Assembly: GCA_002104905.1 (NCBI GenBank)
Contig: MCFE01000201.1
Coordinates: 68,601-132,600, forward strand
Source: Basidiobolus meristosporus CBS 931.73
Lineage: Eukaryota; Fungi; Basidiobolomycota
DNA: 64,000 nt
Direction: 5' to 3'
Made by a program: the position numbers and the translations under genes. Numbering within the stretch: position 1 is the stretch's first letter; every line of letters begins with the position of its first letter. Shown here piece after piece: positions 54,790 through 63,018 of the stretch. The notes beneath the pieces are model-generated. The model had not been told where the DNA came from and ran no database searches. It worked only from the letters and a program-made list of their open reading frames with translations.

Positions 54790-57559
54790 CTACTGTTGTA
54801 GCTTTGATACAAGAGTGTGTAGCTGAGGGGAATTTGTAGGTAAGTTAATAAGAAGTGATGATAGTTCTTCAGTGCTCAAGACACTGTTCAGTGGGAAGGG
54901 GGGTAGCAAGAGAGGTAAGAATGACTTGTGAACAACATTAATGAGGGGAATGTGATAAGGATTGATATTCATCATAAAGGGAGTGTGCTGCTGCAGATAT
55001 TGCTGCCAAAGGTCTGTCAAGTACTTCAGGTAGGCCAGCTTGGGTTTTTCTGACTGCAGAATAAATTCAGCAAACTTCTTGACTTCAGGATCTCCAAGTA
55101 TAGTTCTCCAGCAGGAGCCAGGTGTTGTGTGGTGTGTTCTCTTCCAGGCCTTAATCAGTGGGTTGTTGCAGTTGTGAAGTCTGAGGTATAATCTGGTTCT
55201 AAGGTAGAGAAGTCTGATCTTATAGGGCATAAACCCAAAAGCACCAAGAATAGCATGTCTGTAGGGGCATTCAGGCAAATGAGGCACCAAGGAGGTAATG
55301 CACCATACTGCAAACTTGTCAAGCTTAGTGCAGTCTCTAGAAGTAAGAGAGAGAAGTGGTAAGCCAAATTCCAGGACAGGGAAGACAAACTGCTTGAGTA
55401 GAAGGAGGCAGCTGGGAGCTGAAGTTGTAGGAGGAGTAACAGCCAGTAGCTTGTGGAGTGCCTGTCTTGCCAGGATAATTCTCTTCTTCAGGTGTGCTCC
55501 AGAGTCTAGTCCAGTAGGAAGGAAAGGAAAGCCAAGATATGTAGCAGAAACCTGAGCAGGTAGAGTGGAGTTCTCCAAGTTGATGGGAGAGCCCAAAGGT
55601 ACTGTCTTTGCAATGGAAAGCTGGAGATTATTCTTCTGCAGATACTGGTGGATGGTCTGGGAGTCTTGTTGCACATTGGAGGAGGATATTCTGATGTCAT
55701 CAGCAAAGAGAGTAACCAGGCAGTCAGCTGAGAGTCTTGGGAAATCATTCAGGAAGATGGCAAACAGTATAGGACCAAGCACAGAGCCTTGAACCACTCC
55801 ATTAGGAACTGAGAACACAGCTGATTGCTCACTTGGGTGCAGAATTCTTGCTTGTGGATCCAGAAACAGAGACCTGACAAGGAGGGTGAGAGAGGTACTG
55901 GAGAAGCATTGCAACTTGGACCAAAGCAGATTTCTGTCAACTGAATCAAAGGCCTTAGTAATATCAAACAGAACAGAGGGATACTTGCACTGGAGAGAGT
56001 GATCTTGGCTAAGTATGACTGCATATTCCAAGGAGAGGCCAGGAACAAAGCCAAACTGTGCAGGATGAAACTTGAGAGGAGTCAGAGTAGAGCTCCTGAG
56101 CAAGCAGAAGCTCAAACACCTTTCTGCAGGTGGGCAGCAGAGATATTGGCCTGTAGGAGCTAGGATCCAGGTGCTTTCCTTTACCCTTGTACAGTGGCAG
56201 AACATTTGCAAAGGACCATTCCTCAGGAGTAGAAAGCTGGGCTGAGCATTGCTGAAACAGTGGAAGCAGAAGTGCAGACATGGCCTTGGTACTAGTCTTC
56301 AGAAGCTCATAGGAGATTGTGTCCACACCTGGAGCAGTAGAGTTGGGAAGCCTCTTGAGCACATTATGGATTCTCCTTTGATCAAGTGCAAGTGGGATGG
56401 GCAGAGTCTTGAAGTCAGGATGAAAGCCAGGAGTTGAGTACTGCTTTGTAGAGAAGAAGATGTTAGCCAGCTGTTCTGTTGAAGGTAACTTCCTGGAAGA
56501 GGGCCTCATTGCCCTGTAGAGTCTTGATACTGTTCTTGTTATAGAGTTGGAAGATTGCAGAGGCAAAGAACTCATAATATGATCCCAGAGCTGAGTATGC
56601 AGAGTGTGGTGAATTGCCTTGGAGTGGTGTATTGCTGTCAGGAGGAGTTTCTCTGTTTTTGGGTTAGGGAAACTCAGGTAGCTTTGTTGCAGGGCTGAAA
56701 CAATGGATTCCCATTTTCTTGAGGTAACAGCAGTAGTCTTGCATGGCAGTGAGAGGGAGGCAGACACCAGAATCAGATGCTTCACAAAGAGCCAGGCATA
56801 GTTGAGATCATCTGGCAGAGAAAGTAGCAAACTGGCAAGCTTCAAGTAGTTCCCAAAGTCTTTCTTCTGATTCTTGGTAGCTTTGTGGGTGAGCACAGTA
56901 AGTTTTGGCAGCTTCTTCTTCACAACTGGTTGCATAGAAAGGGACCAGGCTGGGTGGTCAGAGGCTCTCAAGGATCCTAGCTCAGCTCCAGAGAATTGCT
57001 TAACTTCATTCACAAAGTAGAGGGCAGCAGCAGAAGGGCAGATCCAGTCAACACATCTTTTCTCAGATTGAGCACCTAGTGCTAGCAGGTGGCTTTCTCT
57101 CAGGAAGTTCAGTAGGAATGTAGACCTTGGCTTCATTCTTGCAGTCAGAGTAGTCTTGTTCTCAGGATGGGGAATGTTGAGATCTCCAAGCAAGATAACA
57201 GGTGTTGATATAGATTGTTGGTATTGCTGAACCTTCTGGCATATAACTTGCACTTCCTGAAGGGCAAGACTTGGAGGCAGATAGCAGAGCACCAGACTGA
57301 TAGTTGGCAACTGGAGAGCAGCACAGTAAGGGGAGTAAAGAGGAACACAGAGCTGAGGAGTATTGATGGTAGAAGAGATGAAGCAGATAGAGGAGGTATT
57401 CTTTGTTCTAGGAGTAGAAAAGCAATATAGATTAGTCAAAAGTATAGAGGGTAGCTGGACATCAATCAAACACAGGAGGGAAAATCTTGAAAGAAGTCTC
57501 TCTAGAGTTGGTCTTGATGGCTGTATGCTGTTGCAGTTAAGCAACAGAACTTCAGGTAG
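54790..57559 (-). CDS. LINE ORF2 (APE endonuclease + reverse transcriptase), interrupted by one extra G at 56078-56079
   Basis: APE motifs LNCNS, CYLPP, GDLN, VDWI, SDH. RT motifs APGVDTI, YRPISLL, QFGF, FDITKAFDSV, GVVQGSVLGP, FADD, YLGF. Comparison with the distal copy locates the indel. Confidence 0.93.
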
Positions 57560-57581
57560 TCAGGCAGAGGTTGTAGCTTCT

Positions 57582-59068
57582 TCAGAGGCAGCATTGACTA
57601 ATGTGACCTGCAGAGTCCCAGAGCTCTTCAAATGGTGCATCACTTAAGTCAGCAAGGAGGGAAATGGCATGATTCTTGAGGAAGTATGCCACATCATAGG
57701 AGGGGGCTTGTCTCTTGATGGCAGCAAAGAAAGACAGAATGGCAACATGGGCTGGAGGCTTGTTGAACAGTAGAGAGTCAGAGGATTCAGATTCTTCAGG
57801 CACTATCTTGAAGTCAGTTTTCAGCCAGTTAAGGTTCTTCTCCACAAAGGCAACAAATGGGTCAGCAATGTTTTGGTCTAGGATAACCTCCAGAATCTTC
57901 CCTTTTCTCCAGGCCAGGTTGACAATTCTTGAGAGCTGAATATTGCATGCCTTGAGTGCTTTCCTGATGTTGGAAATGGGAGTCCAGGGAACTTGCTTCA
58001 AGTACACCACAGTCCAGGTAGAAGCTGGTGGTAGGTTTGCTGGGGGCTTGTAAGTCCTTCTGTGTTGCAATGGAGCTGCAGTAGTCAGATTGGAGTCCAC
58101 ATTCTCAGTAGAGGTTTTCTTGATGTGTCTTGCTGAATAGTACTGGAGCTGGATGTGCTGATAATTCTTGCTAGAACCTTGCCTGCATAAGTCTGAGGTA
58201 TAGCTGAGGTGACTGTAGAGGTGGTGGCAGCTGGTGCAGGTGGAGAGGCAGAGACTGAAGCAGGAACTGAGGTCACCTGGGAGAAGGCAGTGGAAGCAGG
58301 TTTTCTGGGAGGAACAGAGTTCACTATCCAGTTGTTCTGTAAAACACTGGAGTAGCTTTTCTGTGGAACAGGATCTTGCTCTTGAACAGGAACAGAAGCA
58401 GGAGGCTGGGGCTGAGCAGTAGTGGTAAGGCAGTGGCACTCCAAGGAAGCTTTTTGCAAGGCATCTCTGGCAGTTTTCAGGGCAGTATTGGCTTCATTCT
58501 TGAGCTTCTTGCATTGGGCATCCAGTCTCTTGTTTTCAATAGCCAGGGCAGTATTGGCAGCCTCTAAATCAGCAATTCTCTTCTCAATTGCAAGGAATCT
58601 CTGAAGAAATGCATCAGTAGAAGTGCTGGCATCTGGGAGAGCAGTGGCAGGAATAGAGTCCATTGACAGTGGGCTTCTTGGAGGCAAGGAAAGTGGACTG
58701 GCAGATTCAGGCACAAAAGGAGATATCCTGGCAGGAGGAGAAGGAGTATCCAAGGCAGTAACAGAGGCAATTCTTGTTGGTGAAGCAGCAGCAGGGGAGG
58801 CAAGCCTGTTCAGAAACTGGGCAGGAGAGAGTGCTTGAGGAGAGGGAGTCTTCAGCTTGCCAAGCATGTCTTCCATCAGAGTGATACCAATATTCCTGGT
58901 GCATTTGCAGAGAAAAGTAAGCTTCCTGAGTCTGCCAGCTCTTCCATTCCTTCTGATAGTTCCTTTGTTTCCACAGTTGGGGCAAGAAATCTTCTTGACA
59001 GACTTGTCAAAGCAATCAAGAACCTTCCTTTCAGGTGTAGTGGGCTCCTGTTGAGGTTTTGGTGGCAT
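57582..59068 (-). CDS. LINE ORF1 (zinc ribbon, Pro/Ser linker, coiled coil, RRM-like C domain), one apparent frameshift near 58092
   Basis: ATG at 59068; CPNCG...FLCKC; heptads FLAIEKRIADLEAANTALAIENKRL; second frame TWTVVYLKQVPWTPISNIRKALKACNIQLSRIVNLAW. Confidence 0.8.
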
Positions 59069-59192
59069 ATCCAGAGTTTCAGCTTCAAATTTCAATTTTT
59101 GAGATTTTTGGGTGATTTTTGATGGGCGGGATCAAAATTAGGGTTAGGGTTGCGCGCTGTGACTGCTTTTTACGATCGCAAGGTCAGATCCT

Positions 59193-59390
59193 AGGAAAAA
59201 ATAAAAATAGTTAGTAAAGGTGATTTAATGGATGGATGGATGGATTCGGAGTCAGATTCAATCAAAAAATCAAATCGTTACTAATTTAAAGAGGAAAAAA
59301 TAAAATAGTTAGTAAAGGTGATTTAATGGATGGATGGATGGATTCGGAGTCAGATTCAATCAAAAAATCAAATCGTTGACTAATTTAAAG
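59193..59390. repeat. Tandem duplication, 2 x 99 bp, containing (GGAT)4
   Basis: 59193-59291 and 59292-59390 differ only by single-base indels. Confidence 0.95.
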
Positions 59391-59400
59391 AGGGTTAGGG

Positions 59401-59918
59401 GGAGGAAAGTCACCAAGTGGTGAAATCTTTATTTACTTATGACAAGTATCTAAAGAAGCCAAGTTAATCTGAAGTAATTCCTAGAAAGCTAGGTCTGAGA
59501 GATATCTTCCTGGTAAGCCAGGTCTGAGAGTTGAGAAGCTGAGTGGTACTATATTTCCTAGTTAGCTAGGTCTGAGAGAGGTTTCCTGGAAAGCCAGGCC
59601 TGAGAAGTGAGAATCTGAATATATGTGAGCTAAGTTATACTGGTTTGCGGTAGCTGAATTGTGGCTGGAATGGCCAGTAGACTGGGGGAACTGAGATGTA
59701 TTTCTGGGCGATCACTGGCCAAATTTACTAGGCAAATCTGGCCAATTAGCATTTCAAGGATTTCAGCCAATCAGAGCCTTTACTTTGCCCAGATGGTTGA
59801 TCAAGCCATCTCCCAATGAGCACACATCAATTTATTGATCAAATTTTGTTGGATCCAGGATTTGAACCCACAACCATGGGTATGGAAGGGTTAGGGATAA
59901 CCACAAGGCTAAGTGTTC
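59401..59918 (-). mobile_element. tRNA-derived SINE-like element with LINE-type 3' end, between telomeric repeats
   Basis: A-box-like TAGCCTTGTGG (59911-59901) and B box GGTTCAAATCC (59868-59858) 32 nt apart. No TTTT on the sense strand and no ORF. The 3' end is AAATAAAGATTTCACC-ACTT-GGTGACTTTCCTCC joined to CCCTAACCC. Confidence 0.75.
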
Positions 59919-59928
59919 TTGGTTAGGG

Positions 59929-60138
59929 GAGGGAAAGTCACCAAGTAGGTGAAATCTTTATTTGATTGCAGACAAGTCTTACTACAAATAAAGAAGCAAC
60001 TGGGAATAGAAGATTCAAAGTAAACACTAAGTTAAATATGAATAAATCTAAGCTAAAGTTAAGCAGTATCCAGAGTACACTGGAGTTCAGGTTCATGGGG
60101 AGTGAAGTAGATAAGCTTGAGAGATATAATAATCTTTG
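59929..60138 (-). mobile_element. 5'-truncated 3' end of a second, diverged LINE family
   Basis: Carries the shared terminal stem-loop. Translation LPMNLNSSVL...LDLFIFNL loosely matches the ORF2 C terminus LPPFPLNSVL...LSSLLINL. Flanked by GGTTAGGG and (GGGTTA)3GGG. Confidence 0.6.
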
Positions 60139-60139
60139 A

Positions 60140-60160
60140 GGGTTAGGGTTAGGGTTAGGG
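60140..60160 (+). repeat. Interstitial telomeric spacer (TTAGGG)3; shorter ones at 51018, 51099, 54727, 59138, 59392, 59921 and 63005
   Basis: Direct reading; each sits exactly at an element junction. Confidence 0.95.
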
Positions 60161-63006
60161 GGGAGACAGTCACCAACAGGTGAAATCTTTATTTCAGTTG
60201 AAACAAAGAAGCCAGCGCTACTGTTGTAGCTTTGATACAAGAGTGTGTAGCTGAGGGGAATTTGTAGGTAAGTTAATAAGAAGTGATGATAGTTCTTCAG
60301 TGCTCAAGACACTGTTCAGTGGGAAGGGGGGTAGCAAGAGAGGTAAGAATGACTTGTGAACAACATTAATGAGGGGAATGTGATAAGGATTGATATTCAT
60401 CATAAAGGGAGTGTGCTGCTGCAGATATTGCTGCCAAAGGTCTGTCAAGTACTTCAGGTAGGCCAGCTTGGGTTTTTCTGACTGCAGAATATAGTGAGCA
60501 AACTTCTTGACTTCAGGATCTCCAAGTATAGTTCTCCAGCAGGAGCCAGGTGTTGTGTGGTGTGTTCTCTTCCAGGCCTTAATCAGTGGGTTGTTGCAGT
60601 TGTGAAGTCTGAGGTATAATCTGGTTCTAAGGTAGAGAAGTCTGATCTTATAGGGCATAAACCCAAAAGCACCAAGAATAGCATGTCTGTAGGGGCATTC
60701 AGGCAAATGAGGCACCAAGGAGGTAATGCACCATACTGCAAACTTGTCAAGCTTAGTGCAGTCTCTAGAAGTAAGAGAGAGAAGTGGTAAGCCAAATTCC
60801 AGGACAGGGAAGACAAACTGCTTGAGTAGAAGGAGGCAGCTGGGAGCTGAAGTTGTAGGAGGAGTAACAGCCAGTAGCTTGTGGAGTGCCTGTCTTGCCA
60901 GGATAATTCTCTTCTTCAGGTGTGCTCCAGAGTCTAGTCCAGTAGGAAGGAAAGGAAAGCCAAGATATGTAGCAGAAACCTGAGCAGGTAGAGTGGAGTT
61001 CTCCAAGTTGATGGGAGAGCCCAAAGGTACTGTCTTTGCAATGGAAAGCTGGAGATTATTCTTCTGCAGATACTGGTGGATGGTCTGGGAGTCTTGTTGC
61101 ACATTGGAGGAGGATATTCTGATGTCATCAGCAAAGAGAGTAACCAGGCAGTCAGCTGAGAGTCTTGGGAAATCATTCAGGAAGATGGCAAACAGTATAG
61201 GACCAAGCACAGAGCCTTGAACCACTCCATTAGGAACTGAGAACACAGCTGATTGCTCACTTGGGTGCAGAATTCTTGCTTGTGGATCCAGAAACAGAGA
61301 CCTGACAAGGAGGGTGAGAGAGGTACTGGAGAAGCATTGCAACTTGGACCAAAGCAGATTTCTGTCAACTGAATCAAAGGCCTTAGTAATATCAAACAGA
61401 ACAGAGGGATACTTGCACTGGAGAGAGTGATCTTGGCTAAGTATGACTGCATATTCCAAGGAGAGGCCAGGAACAAAGCCAAACTGTGCAGGATGAAACT
61501 TGAGAGAGTCAGAGTAGAGCTCCTGAGCAAGCAGAAGCTCAAACACCTTTCTGCAGGTGGGCAGCAGAGATATTGGCCTGTAGGAGCTAGGATCCAGGTG
61601 CTTTCCTTTACCCTTGTACAGTGGCAGAACATTTGCAAAGGACCATTCCTCAGGAGTAGAAAGCTGGGCTGAGCATTGCTGAAACAGTGGAAGCAGAAGT
61701 GCAGACATGGCCTTGGTACTAGTCTTCAGAAGCTCATAGGAGATTGTGTCCACACCTGGAGCAGTAGAGTTGGGAAGCCTCTTGAGCACATTATGGATTC
61801 TCCTTTGATCAAGTGCAAGTGGGATGGGCAGAGTCTTGAAGTCAGGATGAAAGCCAGGAGTTGAGTACTGCTTTGTAGAGAAGAAGATGTTAGCCAGCTG
61901 TTCTGTTGAAGGTAACTTCCTGGAAGAGGGCCTCATTGCCCTGTAGAGTCTTGATACTGTTCTTGTTATAGAGTTGGAAGATTGCAGAGGCAAGGAACTC
62001 ATAATATGATCCCAGAGCTGAGTATGCAGAGTGTGGTGAATTGCCTTGGAGTGGTGTATTGCTGTCAGGAGGAGTTTCTCTGTTTTTGGGTTAGGGAAGC
62101 TCAGGTAGCTTTGTTGCAGGGCTGAAACAATGGATTCCCATTTTCTTGAGGTAACAGCAGTAGTCTTGCATGGCAGTGAGAGGGAGGCAGACACCAGAAT
62201 CAGATGCTTCACAAAGAGCCAGGCAAAGTTGAGATCATCTGGCAGAGAAAGTAGCAAACTGGCAAGCTTCAAGTAGTTCCCAAAGTCTTTCTTCTGATTC
62301 TTGGTAGCTTTGTGGGTGAGCACAGTAAGTTTTGGCAGCTTCTTCTTCACAACTGGTTGCATAGAAAGGGACCAGGCTGGGTGGTCAGAGGCTCTCAAGG
62401 ATCCTAGCTCAGCTCCAGAGAATTGCTTAACTTCATTCACAAAGTAGAGGGCAGCAGCAGAAGGGCAGATCCAGTCAACACATCTTTTCTCAGATTGAAC
62501 ACCTAGTGCTAGCAGGTGGCTTTCTCTCAGGAAGTTCAGTAGGAATGTAGACCTTGGCTTCATTCTTGCAGTCAGAGTAGTCTTGTTCTCAGGATGGGGA
62601 ATGTTGAGATCTCCAAGCAAGATAACAGGTGTTGATATAGATTGTTGGTATTGCTGAACCTTCTGGCATATAACTTGCACTTCCTGAAGGGCTAGACTTG
62701 GAGGCAGATAGCAGAGCACCAGACTGATAGTTGGCAACTGGAGAGCAGCACAGTAAGGGGAGTAAAGAGGAACACAGAGCTGAGGAGTATTGATGGTAGA
62801 AGAGATGAAGCAGATAGAGGAGGTATTCTTTGTTCTAGGAGTAGAAAAGCAATATAGATTAGTCAAAAGTATAGAGGGTAGCTGGACATCAATCAAACAC
62901 AGGAGGGAAAATCTTGATAGAAGTCTCTCTAGAGTTGGTCTTGATGGCTGTATGCTGTTGCAGTTAAGCAACAGAACTTCAGGTAGTCAGGCAGAGGTTG
63001 TAGCTT
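60161..63006 (-). mobile_element. 5'-truncated copy of the telomeric LINE with intact ORF2
   Basis: Near-identical to 54733-57579. It stops at ...GTTGTAGCTT, followed by AGGGTTAGGGTT. Confidence 0.95.
60218..62986 (-). CDS. Intact LINE ORF2 (APE + RT), 922 codons with no AUG start
   Basis: Open frame from immediately after the TGA at 62989-62987 to the TAG at 60218, with the same APE and RT motifs as above. No RNase H or C-terminal CCHC knuckle is recognisable. Confidence 0.93.
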   Translation of the reverse strand, partial: LPEVLLLNCNSIQPSRPTLERLLSRFSLLCLIDVQLPSILLTNLYCFSTPRTKNTSSICFISSTINTPQLCVPLYSPYCAALQLPTISLVLCYLPPSLALQEVQVICQKVQQYQQSISTPVILLGDLNIPHPENKTTLTARMKPRSTFLLNFLRESHLLALGVQSEKRCVDWICPSAAALYFVNEVKQFSGAELGSLRASDHPAWSLSMQPVVKKKLPKLTVLTHKATKNQKKDFGNYLKLASLLLSLPDDLNFAWLFVKHLILVSASLSLPCKTTAVTSRKWESIVSALQQSYLSFPNPKTEKLLLTAIHHSKAIHHTLHTQLWDHIMSSLPLQSSNSITRTVSRLYRAMRPSSRKLPSTEQLANIFFSTKQYSTPGFHPDFKTLPIPLALDQRRIHNVLKRLPNSTAPGVDTISYELLKTSTKAMSALLLPLFQQCSAQLSTPEEWSFANVLPLYKGKGKHLDPSSYRPISLLPTCRKVFELLLAQELYSDSLKFHPAQFGFVPGLSLEYAVILSQDHSLQCKYPSVLFDITKAFDSVDRNLLWSKLQCFSSTSLTLLVRSLFLDPQARILHPSEQSAVFSVPNGVVQGSVLGPILFAIFLNDFPRLSADCLVTLFADDIRISSSNVQQDSQTIHQYLQKNNLQLSIAKTVPLGSPINLENSTLPAQVSATYLGFPFLPTGLDSGAHLKKRIILARQALHKLLAVTPPTTSAPSCLLLLKQFVFPVLEFGLPLLSLTSRDCTKLDKFAVWCITSLVPHLPECPYRHAILGAFGFMPYKIRLLYLRTRLYLRLHNCNNPLIKAWKRTHHTTPGSCWRTILGDPEVKKFAHYILQSEKPKLAYLKYLTDLWQQYLQQHTPFMMNINPYHIPLINVVHKSFLPLLLPPFPLNSVLSTEELSSLLINLPTNSPQLHTLVSKLQQ

Positions 63007-63018
63007 AGGGTTAGGGTT

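Larger units (their letters stand above)
54733..59137 (-). mobile_element. Full-length telomere-associated non-LTR retrotransposon (ORF1 + APE-RT ORF2), no poly(A), no LTR
   Basis: 3' end abuts TTAGGG (54727-54732) and the 5' side abuts TTAGGGTTAGGGTT (59138-59151). It has two ORFs and is near-identical to 60161-63006. The 5' boundary could extend to about 59391. Confidence 0.93.

Noticed and set aside
56661-56669. GGGTTAGGG inside ORF2 (also at 62088-62096)
   Set aside because: It encodes F-P-N-P in frame, is not at a junction, and a 9-mer can arise by chance.
59152-59195. Possible HDV-like ribozyme or pseudoknot at the LINE 5' end (TGAC/GTCA, TTGCG/CGCAA)
   Set aside because: Stems are too short and the L3, P1.1 and J4/2 consensus residues are missing.
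59845-59918. Functional tRNA gene
   Set aside because: A and B boxes are present but the acceptor, D and anticodon stems do not pair; treated as a SINE head instead.
59938-60240. 100-aa minus-strand ORF containing PNPNPNP
   Set aside because: It reads through the LINE 3' UTR, the telomeric spacer and the next fragment; a junction artefact.
60218-62986. ORF2 as telomerase RT, Penelope/Athena RT or LTR-element pol
   Set aside because: It has an N-terminal APE domain and LINE-type RT motifs, with no TERT T/CP motifs, GIY-YIG, protease, integrase or LTRs.
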